64,000 nt of DNA from an archaeon (GTDB lineage: Archaea > Methanobacteriota_B > Thermococci > Methanofastidiosales > NM3). How positions within the stretch are numbered: position 1 is the first letter of the stretch; the number at the start of each line of letters is the position of its first letter. The notes under the pieces were generated by a model, which was not told the DNA's origin, did no database searches, and saw only the letters and a list, made by a program, of their open reading frames with translations. Location: the NCBI GenBank assembly GCA_004212155.1, contig RXIG01000028.1, positions 1 to 64,000 of the forward strand. The letters are read 5' to 3'. Shown in pieces: positions 56,330 to 64,000 of this stretch. The position numbers and the translations under genes were made by a program.

Positions 56330-57475
56330 ATGAAACGATTCGTTCTCATAACACTGTTCCTCCTGGCTTCGCTTCCAGCGCTCACAAGTGCCACCGAGGC
56401 TGAGTTTGCCCTCGACGTGACCATCGAGGAGGTGACACCCGCCAAGGTATATGTGGGCGACACGGTCAACGTCACGCTCAACATAGCCAATGTTTCAGAA
56501 TCTGACGGCGAGAAGTTGTGGGATGCCACCATCTTCATCGACGAGTCCATACTCGATGAGACGGTTCGTGAATCGATTACCATCAACGATCCCGATGGCG
56601 CGCCCATAGAATATGGTGGTACCCAGCATCCAGGTGACGAGTTATGGCCTGGCGAGACCACGTCGGCCGAGCTCTCGTTCACGCTCGATGACGATGCGCC
56701 CGGGGGAACGTATTACATCCCCTTTGTCATCACGGGAAAACGGGGTCCGTGCCCCCAGGGCTGCCATCCGTGGAGGGAAGAGGTGGTGACGCTGTCCTTG
56801 AACGTCATCCACGGGCTTCCTGCGCTGAGCCTGTCGGTATCATCTGACAATGTCGCCGCCGAGGGCGAGACGCTCAACGTTGACTTCTCAGTGCGCAATC
56901 TCGGTTCCGCGCCCGCATACAATGTCAAGGCTGAGGTAAAAAGCGATTACTCGTCGCTTGTGAGCCAGGTCAACATACCTGGCGATGTTGATACGCTCGA
57001 GCCCAACGATGCCCTCGAAGGGAGCGTTGCCATATTCACGTCTTCACTAGGCGAGGGCGAGTACGAATTGCGTCTTGATGTCAGCTTCGAGGACACGAAA
57101 GGGACACAATATGTCAAACAGAAGACATTTTCCCTCTCCATACTCCCGTCACAGCAGGCCAGCTTTGAACAGCAGGGCGATGATGCATACGATGAGGGAG
57201 TCGCACTTCTCGAGGCCGATGACTTCAAGGGGGCGATCATGCTCTTTTCTCAGGCCAAACAGCTCTATGTGCTTTCAGAAAATGATGACAAGGCGGCACA
57301 GTGCGAACAAAAAGTCGATGACGCATATCAACAGCTTGAGACGGCACTAACGCCCGAGCCTGTCGAGGAGAATGAGAACTATCTGCTCCTCATTGGCCTG
57401 TTCACAGGTGCGGCCGCAGCATTCCTTGGGTTGACGGCAGGCATGATACGGCGCAGAAGGTCTGCTAATAGGTGA
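56330..57475 (+). CDS. Cell-surface protein (COG1361/CARDB-like Ig folds, helical region, C-terminal TM)
   Basis: Signal peptide, V.N.G...A.NV motif, C-terminal TM helix followed by RRRR. Confidence 0.75.
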   Translation: MKRFVLITLFLLASLPALTSATEAEFALDVTIEEVTPAKVYVGDTVNVTLNIANVSESDGEKLWDATIFIDESILDETVRESITINDPDGAPIEYGGTQHPGDELWPGETTSAELSFTLDDDAPGGTYYIPFVITGKRGPCPQGCHPWREEVVTLSLNVIHGLPALSLSVSSDNVAAEGETLNVDFSVRNLGSAPAYNVKAEVKSDYSSLVSQVNIPGDVDTLEPNDALEGSVAIFTSSLGEGEYELRLDVSFEDTKGTQYVKQKTFSLSILPSQQASFEQQGDDAYDEGVALLEADDFKGAIMLFSQAKQLYVLSENDDKAAQCEQKVDDAYQQLETALTPEPVEENENYLLLIGLFTGAAAAFLGLTAGMIRRRRSANR

Positions 57476-58112
57476 GGGCGGCTTGGGCCGCTTTTCTCTT
57501 CTTGTATGCGACGTAGCCCATCATGATGCCTATCGACACGATCGCGGCAACGATGACGATACCAGCTATGATCTCAGTCGATGGGAGCGTGTAGGCGGTC
57601 TCTGACATCTCAGCCGCGTTGACAAGGATGTCGCCCCCTTCCTCAGGTGGAGGTGCCTTGAACACGTCCGGGTAGACCGTGACCTTTTTGGAGAAGAGCG
57701 CCAGGAGCGCGCCGGACAACGTGGCACCTATCAGCGATGATATGCCTATGAGCTTTGCAGATAAAGGGGAACGGACCGTGCTTGCAACAACGTTCTTTGC
57801 AGCCTCATCTGATGGTGGGACGATAAGTATCGCCTGTTTTGAAGGCCCGTAATACTTGATCTCCCTGAACTTCTTCGAGAGCTCTGTGTCAACGACCTTT
57901 ATGAGCCCTGCCTCTCTGAGGCGTTCTATGTGGAAAAGCACCGTGGAAAGCCCCATATCAAGTTCGTTTGCAATGTCTGTCGTGCTCTTCTTTCCCTCGA
58001 ATATGCACTCGAGCACCTGGCGTCCTTTGTCGTTAGCTATCTCCATGGCAACGATCTTTGCCCTCTCATCCTTCATGGAGACGACGTGAAATAGCTCACT
58101 GAAGTCGTTCAT
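57465..58112 (-). CDS. ArsR-like winged-HTH regulator with two C-terminal TM helices
   Basis: STTDIANELDMGLSTVLFHIERLREAGLI, then two hydrophobic segments. Confidence 0.85.
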   Translation of the reverse strand: MNDFSELFHVVSMKDERAKIVAMEIANDKGRQVLECIFEGKKSTTDIANELDMGLSTVLFHIERLREAGLIKVVDTELSKKFREIKYYGPSKQAILIVPPSDEAAKNVVASTVRSPLSAKLIGISSLIGATLSGALLALFSKKVTVYPDVFKAPPPEEGGDILVNAAEMSETAYTLPSTEIIAGIVIVAAIVSIGIMMGYVAYKKRKAAQAALTY

Positions 58113-58172
58113 ACACCTACTATGATCGTTCGAGAATAAAAACTATTTCATATGCTTCAATGAGTGTTGAAG

Positions 58173-59210
58173 CTAACACACCCGGGGTACGGGATCACTT
58201 TCAGGCATGTCGAACAGTCTCAGGGCGCCAATTTCCGTCTCAAGCAGCACCTTTTCATCATCGGTCACTCGCCCTATCGCGGCCGCATCGGTGCCATGCC
58301 TCGTTGCACGTATCGCCCTTAGCACGCGTTCGGCCCTTTCGGCCATGACCGCCAAGACGACCTTCCCCTCGTTTGCAACCTCGAACGGATTGATACCCAA
58401 TATCTCCGAGGCTGCGCGTACGGATGGCCTTATGGGGATGTTGTGTTCGCGTATGACCATGCCGCACCCAGCCTTTGACGCCATTTCGTTGAGGGCTCCC
58501 GCAATACCTCCACGCGTGGGATCCTTCATCGCAGTGACACCCCCCGCTTCGAGGGCTGCGCGCACGACGTCCCATACCGGCGCAACATCGGAACTAAGGT
58601 CACCGGATATCGAGAGCTCGTCCCGCTCCGAGAGTATCGACACCCCGTGGTCACCCATGGTGCCCGATGCGATGATGACATCGCCCGGCTCGAGCCCGCT
58701 GTCTGTGATGAAGCTTGAAGGGTAATCCCTCGCTGCACGCACGATCTTGATATTTTCGTCAAGACCCTTCCATCGCCTTCCCACACCCGTCGTCGTTGCA
58801 TAGAGCCCAATAGGGTCTTCGACCACCTTCGTGTCTCCTGCCACGATCTGGGCTTCGACCTCGTCACACGATGCCTTCATCGCCCTAAGTATCCTTACAA
58901 GGGCATCTCTCTGGAACCCAGCCTGGATGATGAGCGAGGACGTGAGGAGCAAGGGGCGGGCGCCCATGACGCTCACGTCGTTGATGGTGCCACACGCGGC
59001 GAGCGTGCCCATGTTGCCTCCCCTGAAGAAGAGGGGCTTGACGGTATGGCCGTCGGTGGTGATGATATAGTTGTCAAACGACGCACCATCATCGAGCTGG
59101 GCGAGTCCGATGTCCCCCACGGTCGAGGGACCAAACGTTGAAAGGACCACTTCGCTGATGAACTCGTTCATCTTCCTACCGCCTGCACCATCTCGAAGGT
59201 CTACTTTCAT
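58173..59210 (-). CDS. hypE: Hydrogenase maturation protein HypE
   Basis: GDTKVV, DPTRGG, ANEG, C-terminal PRVC. Confidence 0.96.
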   Translation of the reverse strand: MKVDLRDGAGGRKMNEFISEVVLSTFGPSTVGDIGLAQLDDGASFDNYIITTDGHTVKPLFFRGGNMGTLAACGTINDVSVMGARPLLLTSSLIIQAGFQRDALVRILRAMKASCDEVEAQIVAGDTKVVEDPIGLYATTTGVGRRWKGLDENIKIVRAARDYPSSFITDSGLEPGDVIIASGTMGDHGVSILSERDELSISGDLSSDVAPVWDVVRAALEAGGVTAMKDPTRGGIAGALNEMASKAGCGMVIREHNIPIRPSVRAASEILGINPFEVANEGKVVLAVMAERAERVLRAIRATRHGTDAAAIGRVTDDEKVLLETEIGALRLFDMPESDPVPRVC

Positions 59211-59270
59211 GCCTCCAACTCTAGAAGCATGTTTTTAAAGATTCGCCTTGATGCAACTTCTGGTGTGCAG

Positions 59271-59645
59271 ATGCATGAGATTTCAGTCGCACAGACGATC
59301 GTCAACGAGATACTCGCAGAGGCTGAGCGCCAATCGGCAGCAAAGGTGACCCGCGTGGTCCTTGAACTTGGAAAGCTCACGATGCTCAACTTCGATCAGG
59401 TGTCGTTTTGGGTCTCGGCCTTCCTCGAGGGAACGGTGGGAGAGGACGCCGAGATATCCATCACCCCGGTCGACGGCAGCGTCGAGTGTCGGGAATGCAA
59501 GGCCATCTCCGATGTTTTGGTAGAGGATGATCCAACGCTCCATTACTCGGTACCGCAGTTCACATGCGAACGGTGCGGTTCGCACAATACGTTTATATGC
59601 AAGGGTCGGGAGATGGTGATCAAGACCATCCGTATAGAAAGGTGA
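59271..59645 (+). CDS. hypA: Hydrogenase nickel metallochaperone HypA
   Basis: N-terminal MHE, CREC...CERCGS, GRE. Confidence 0.95.
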   Translation: MHEISVAQTIVNEILAEAERQSAAKVTRVVLELGKLTMLNFDQVSFWVSAFLEGTVGEDAEISITPVDGSVECRECKAISDVLVEDDPTLHYSVPQFTCERCGSHNTFICKGREMVIKTIRIER

Positions 59646-59649
59646 TATC

Positions 59650-60306
59650 ATGCATAAGGTGTCGGACGTCAAGGTCGAACAGGACATCATGAGGATCAAC
59701 AGGAAGATCGCGTCAGAGAACAGGTCGTTTTTTGAGAAGAACGGCATCACAGTCTTCAATATCATGGGCGCCATCGGCTCGGGCAAGACATGTCTTATCG
59801 AGCATGCCATCGAGGAGCTCAAAGACTCATATTCCATCGCCGTCATCGCCGGCGACGTCATTGCACAGTACGATAGTGATAGATTCGCATCTCACGGCGT
59901 GAAGGTGCTACCCGTATCGACCGGGAAGGAGTGTCACCTTGACGCTCACTTCGTCGAACATGCGCTTGAGCATACGGACGTGAAGGACATCGACATACTG
60001 TTTATCGAGAACGTGGGAAATCTCATCTGCCCCTCTGACTTCGATCTGGGGGAAGATGCGCGCGTCGTCATCGTGTCCGTGTCCGAAGGCGATGACATCG
60101 TGCTCAAACACCCCGTGATATTCAAGCTCTCGGACCTCACGGTCGTCAATAAGGTCGACATTGCCGAGCACGTCGGCGCTTCAGCAGAGAAGATGGTGGC
60201 CGATGCCATTACCTGCGGATGCACCCGCGCAATCCCAACGAGCTGTCGCAAGGGGGAAGGCCTTGAGGAATGGGTATCGTTCATACGCGAAACCCTCAGG
60301 ACGTGA
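59650..60306 (+). CDS. hypB: Hydrogenase nickel incorporation GTPase HypB
   Basis: GSGKT, CHLDAH, ENVGNLICP, NKVD motifs. Confidence 0.96.
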   Translation: MHKVSDVKVEQDIMRINRKIASENRSFFEKNGITVFNIMGAIGSGKTCLIEHAIEELKDSYSIAVIAGDVIAQYDSDRFASHGVKVLPVSTGKECHLDAHFVEHALEHTDVKDIDILFIENVGNLICPSDFDLGEDARVVIVSVSEGDDIVLKHPVIFKLSDLTVVNKVDIAEHVGASAEKMVADAITCGCTRAIPTSCRKGEGLEEWVSFIRETLRT

Positions 60307-60309
60307 TCG

Positions 60310-60600
60310 TCACCTGTCCTGACCGGTGTCTACCTCTTCGATGATTTTCTTACCAGCAGCGACCTTGTCGATGGAGTGTATCGTGCCTCCAAGGCCCTCT
60401 ATCAGTTTTTCTATCTCAGAGTAGTTGATGTTTTCCCCAACGATCGATATCTTGACGGTCTCTGTCTTCTGGTCTATCTCCATGAGCGAAACATTGACGC
60501 CCACGACGTTCTCCAGATTCGAGAGCGTTTCCGTGAATTCGGGAAGAATAGGTTTGTGGGGTTTCAAAACATCGAGAACCAACAGTTTTATGTTAGACAA
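60310..60600 (-). CDS. DUF211 family protein
   Basis: LVLDVLKPH.P...HSID.V.AG; GGAGG RBS and TTG start at 60600. Confidence 0.9.
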   Translation of the reverse strand: MSNIKLLVLDVLKPHKPILPEFTETLSNLENVVGVNVSLMEIDQKTETVKISIVGENINYSEIEKLIEGLGGTIHSIDKVAAGKKIIEEVDTGQDR

Positions 60601-60847
60601 TGCAGTTCCTCCTGATGCGCTATAGTTTCGTTTTTTAGGCATGCTTAAAAACATTTCGTGCTTTTGGAGGCTACAAGCAGCGCCGTTACATGACAAGAAG
60701 CGTTTTGTGTCATGATAGTGCGTGGCGTGATAGGACATATGCGCGAATCCATGTTGTATTTAACCATTTTTTTGCTTATTAATTATGATTTTATTTTTAA
60801 ATTTTACGAAAGTTATTTAAGTAAGTCTATACATACTTTATAAGCTT

Positions 60848-61072
60848 ATGGTTTCACGATTGGGAGAAGTTGTAAACATTTCTGGTACTACCGTTATTGT
60901 ACAGGGTAACAAGATCGGTCCCCGTGCTGTCGGAAAAATCGTCATAGACAAGAAGATGAACGAAGTGGGTCGCGTGGTCGACGTGTTCGGTCCCGTTGAC
61001 GCCCCCTACGCTAAGATTGTGCTCTTTTCAAAGGAAACACCTTTTCGTGATTCAGCAGTGTATTTGAGGTGA
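60848..61072 (+). CDS. gar1: H/ACA RNP protein Gar1
   Basis: VG.V.DVFGPV..PY; lies upstream of tfb. Confidence 0.9.
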   Translation: MVSRLGEVVNISGTTVIVQGNKIGPRAVGKIVIDKKMNEVGRVVDVFGPVDAPYAKIVLFSKETPFRDSAVYLR

Positions 61073-61078
61073 GCGCGT

Positions 61079-62005
61079 ATGGCTGAAGAAAAGACAAAAT
61101 CCGAGCAAGTATGTCCCGAGTGCGGGAGCACGAAAATCGTACGGGACTTCGACAGGGGGGAGCTGATATGTGTGACCTGCGGATTGGTCATCAAGGACAA
61201 GATGTACGACCGTGGTCCCGAATGGCGTGCGTTTGATAGCGAACAAAGGGACAAGCGGGGCCGTGTAGGGGCCCCCATGACATATACCATCCATGACAAG
61301 GGTCTTTCCACCATCATTGATTGGAGGAACAAGGATGTGCATGGAAGGGACATATCCCCCACGAGCAGGGCGCAGATCTACCGCCTGCGCAAATGGCAGC
61401 GACGTATCAGGGTCTCTGACGCGGCTGAGCGCAACTTGGCATTTGCTATGGCAGAGCTCGATAGGCTCTCATCACACCTTTCCCTGCCACGCAGCATCCG
61501 CGAAGCGGCCGCAATGATATATCGCCGTGCCGTCGAGGAGAACCTCATTCGGGGACGGTCTATCGAGTCTGTCACCGCTGCCTGCCTCTATGCAGCATGT
61601 CGTCAGCGCGGCGTTCCGCGAACTCTCGAGGAGATCGCCGAACATGCCCGTGTCGACAAAAAGGAGATAGGACGCAGCTATCGATTCATCGTCAAGGAAC
61701 TAAACATACGCATCAATCCCACCAATCCAATCGATTACATACCCCGTTTCGCATCGGAACTTGGCCTTTCAAGCACCGTTCAACAGCGCGCCATCGAGAT
61801 TCTCGAACAAGCCATCCACATGGGCCTGACGTCGGGAAGGGGGCCCATGGGCGTTGCTGCGGCAGCTTTATATATCGCCTCAATAGAGAAAGGTGAGCGC
61901 CGTACACAACGTGACGTGTCCGAGGTAGCGAAGGTGACCGAGGTCACCGTGCGTAACAGGTACAAGGAACTACAGGAAAAGCTTGATATCTCGATTGACG
62001 TGTGA
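61079..62005 (+). CDS. tfb: Transcription initiation factor IIB
   Basis: CPECGS...C..CG, GPEWRAF, cyclin repeats, [12 protein letters not shown]. Confidence 0.98.
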   Translation: MAEEKTKSEQVCPECGSTKIVRDFDRGELICVTCGLVIKDKMYDRGPEWRAFDSEQRDKRGRVGAPMTYTIHDKGLSTIIDWRNKDVHGRDISPTSRAQIYRLRKWQRRIRVSDAAERNLAFAMAELDRLSSHLSLPRSIREAAAMIYRRAVEENLIRGRSIESVTAACLYAACRQRGVPRTLEEIAEHARVDKKEIGRSYRFIVKELNIRINPTNPIDYIPRFASELGLSSTVQQRAIEILEQAIHMGLTSGRGPMGVAAAALYIASIEKGERRTQRDVSEVAKVTEVTVRNRYKELQEKLDISIDV

Positions 62006-62026
62006 TGGCGCCACGGAGCTGTATGA

Positions 62027-63157
62027 ATGGAGTACCGCAACATCGAGATCGGCGCACTCGTCCTGTTTGTCATACTGCTCTACTTCTCGTACAAGACCAT
62101 CATGCCCATCTTCGATGCGATGGTGATCGCGGTCGTGCTCGCCTACATGATCCGACCCATTGCCGAACATCTGCAGAAATGGATACCGTACAGGAGCCTG
62201 GCCGTATTCCTCTCCATGTTCATTCTGATCGTCCCGCTTCTATTTATCGGGCTTTACGTTGTCAACGAGATCGTCTCGACATTCAAATCCTCAGACCTTG
62301 CCATCATTGTGAGAAACTCGTTTTCAAACATCGATGCTATCGTGGACAGCATGACCCGCGACGTCTTCGGATTCTTCAACCTGGAACTTGAGAGCCTCCA
62401 GCAGCAGACTATCGATGCCATATCCAACGAGGTTTCCGAACTGAGCGGGAAATTTTACAATTACGTGTTCTCGCTTGCGGGATCGATACCGCTCATCCTG
62501 TTCAAGATCCTCCTTGCCGCCGTATTTGCGTTCTATTTCATTCGCGACGGTTCTGATCTTAAGGCACATCTCGTCGGCATCGCACCCAGTGACCACAAGG
62601 AACGTTTCGAGCAGTTGCTGCGCGGCAGCGACATCATGTTCCAGGCAGTGGTCATCGGATATCTCCTCAAGGCCATCTTCACCGGCATCATCGCCGTCGT
62701 AATTTTTTACCTGTTCGGGTTGCCGCACCCGATACTCCTGGGCATCACTACGGGCGTCCTCGACTTCATACCCGTCATCGGGCCCTGGGTCGTCGAACTG
62801 CTCCTCTTCATCTGGTTTATATACCAGGGGCAGTATGCGTTCGCGTTCTCGCTGCTGCTCGCAACGTACTTTTTCGTATCGTTCATACCGGAGATGTACA
62901 TACGTCCCCGCCTTTCGGGCGATGCGGCTGGCATGCACCCCCTCATAATACTTGTTGGCGTGATCGGCGGCCTCTTTGCGTTTGGTGCCATCGGCATCAT
63001 CATTGGCCCCATGTTCCTGGGATTGGTCGTGGTCGTCGTGAGGGTGTATCTGTATAAGCAACCTTACGAGAAAATATATTTTGGGTACAAGGATACCTTT
63101 TTAAATATATTCAGAAGAAGGGGAGCCCGTGAAGGTGACAAGAAACAGGGTCCTTAA
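62027..63157 (+). CDS. AI-2E family transporter
   Basis: LAY...P, FIPVIGP, RP.L.G, HPL, GP motifs; multiple TM helices. Confidence 0.92.
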   Translation: MEYRNIEIGALVLFVILLYFSYKTIMPIFDAMVIAVVLAYMIRPIAEHLQKWIPYRSLAVFLSMFILIVPLLFIGLYVVNEIVSTFKSSDLAIIVRNSFSNIDAIVDSMTRDVFGFFNLELESLQQQTIDAISNEVSELSGKFYNYVFSLAGSIPLILFKILLAAVFAFYFIRDGSDLKAHLVGIAPSDHKERFEQLLRGSDIMFQAVVIGYLLKAIFTGIIAVVIFYLFGLPHPILLGITTGVLDFIPVIGPWVVELLLFIWFIYQGQYAFAFSLLLATYFFVSFIPEMYIRPRLSGDAAGMHPLIILVGVIGGLFAFGAIGIIIGPMFLGLVVVVVRVYLYKQPYEKIYFGYKDTFLNIFRRRGAREGDKKQGP

Positions 63158-64000
63158 GACTGTTGCCACATTTTCTGTGGGCCTTATCATACTCCTCGTG
63201 CTCATACGCCAAGTGGGGTTTGAGGAGGCTTATTCAGCACTGCAGAAGGCAGACCTAACCTTCGTCTTCTTTGGAATGCTTGCTTCTCTTTTCTCATTGT
63301 TCTTGGCAGGCATACGCTGGCGTGTCATCCTCAACGACAAATATACGTCAGTAGATATGAAACCCCTTTATCTGTCGCTCCTGTCTGGTGCGTTCTTCAA
63401 CAACATTACCCCAGCCGGGAAAGGGGGCGGTGAACCGCTGCGTGCGTATCTGCTCTCTAAGTTCACAGGACTAGATGGCGGAAAGGTCTTCGCGACCGTC
63501 ATATCAGACAGGATATTCGACACGCTTCCCTACGTGCTCCTGGGCTACTTTGGCATCATCGAGATCGCCTATTTCTGGAACGTTCCCCGTGCCGTCGTCG
63601 TCACACTCAGTGTCGCCCTTGTCTTCCTGACAGCAATCCTTGCCATAGTGCTCTACCTGCTCTTCAACATCGAGCATGGCAAGAAACTTGTCATGCGCAT
63701 TCTCGACTTCATCGGCCGTTTCATGCCTGACAAGGTCCAAAAGTACGAGGAAAAGCTCGAGGACACGCTCGAGCTGTTCAACAACACGATACGTGAGATA
63801 GCACACAATCGCAAGAAGGTCATCTACGCCACGACGCTCTCCCTTTCCATATGGGCGTTTTGGATACTGCGCACCTACCTGGTCCTCCTCGCATTCGATA
63901 CAACCGTGTCGTTTACCGTCCTTGCCGTCGTCGCCGTCGTCGCGTCGTTCATGGGGATGGTGCCGTTCTCGCCGGGTGGATTTGGCACGACCGAGGGCGC
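63135..64000 (+). CDS. UPF0104 flippase-like membrane protein (3' end outside window)
   Basis: IRWRVIL, FFNNITPAGKGGGEP.RAY, DRIFD, PGGFGTTEG; runs off the window. Confidence 0.9.
   Translation, partial: MTRNRVLKTVATFSVGLIILLVLIRQVGFEEAYSALQKADLTFVFFGMLASLFSLFLAGIRWRVILNDKYTSVDMKPLYLSLLSGAFFNNITPAGKGGGEPLRAYLLSKFTGLDGGKVFATVISDRIFDTLPYVLLGYFGIIEIAYFWNVPRAVVVTLSVALVFLTAILAIVLYLLFNIEHGKKLVMRILDFIGRFMPDKVQKYEEKLEDTLELFNNTIREIAHNRKKVIYATTLSLSIWAFWILRTYLVLLAFDTTVSFTVLAVVAVVASFMGMVPFSPGGFGTTEG

Noticed and set aside
1-64000. Many long antisense or alternate-frame ORFs; Sec/Pyl readthrough
   Set aside because: Shadows of GC3-rich genes. I saw no recognised gene interrupted by an in-frame TGA or TAG.

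Overview
Archaeal (euryarchaeal) chromosomal DNA, mostly housekeeping and fairly GC-rich. The gene content and the Thermococcus-like eL41 suggest Thermococci or relatives such as Methanofastidiosia/Theionarchaea; this placement is an inference. The window holds the exosome superoperon (eL15, Rpp30, Pop5, SBDS, Rrp4/41/42, eL43, RpoP, Brix, Pcc1), ValRS, DnaG, TFB/Gar1, aIF2b/NMD3, pelota, DHS, EndA, ScpAB, a histone, two tungsten-type AORs, hydrogenase maturation genes, a DacZ-MscS cluster and four tRNAs (Gln, Ile, Pro, intron-containing Met). I saw no CRISPR array, transposase or prophage. The most unusual items are: (1) a shrunken CO-dehydrogenase (CooS) homolog that keeps only the B-cluster cysteines and lies between stand-alone Lrp/RAM domains and uncalled micro-ORFs; (2) a very divergent phosphoglycerate-kinase-fold protein; (3) a GAF-like/PAS sensor paired with a PPDK-N-like protein that lacks the phospho-His domain; (4) a structured dnaG leader with an apparent ATT start; (5) two internally duplicated proteins made of a degenerate and an intact copy (PP-loop ATPase, membrane FKBP). 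All family calls come from motif recognition by eye; no database search was run.
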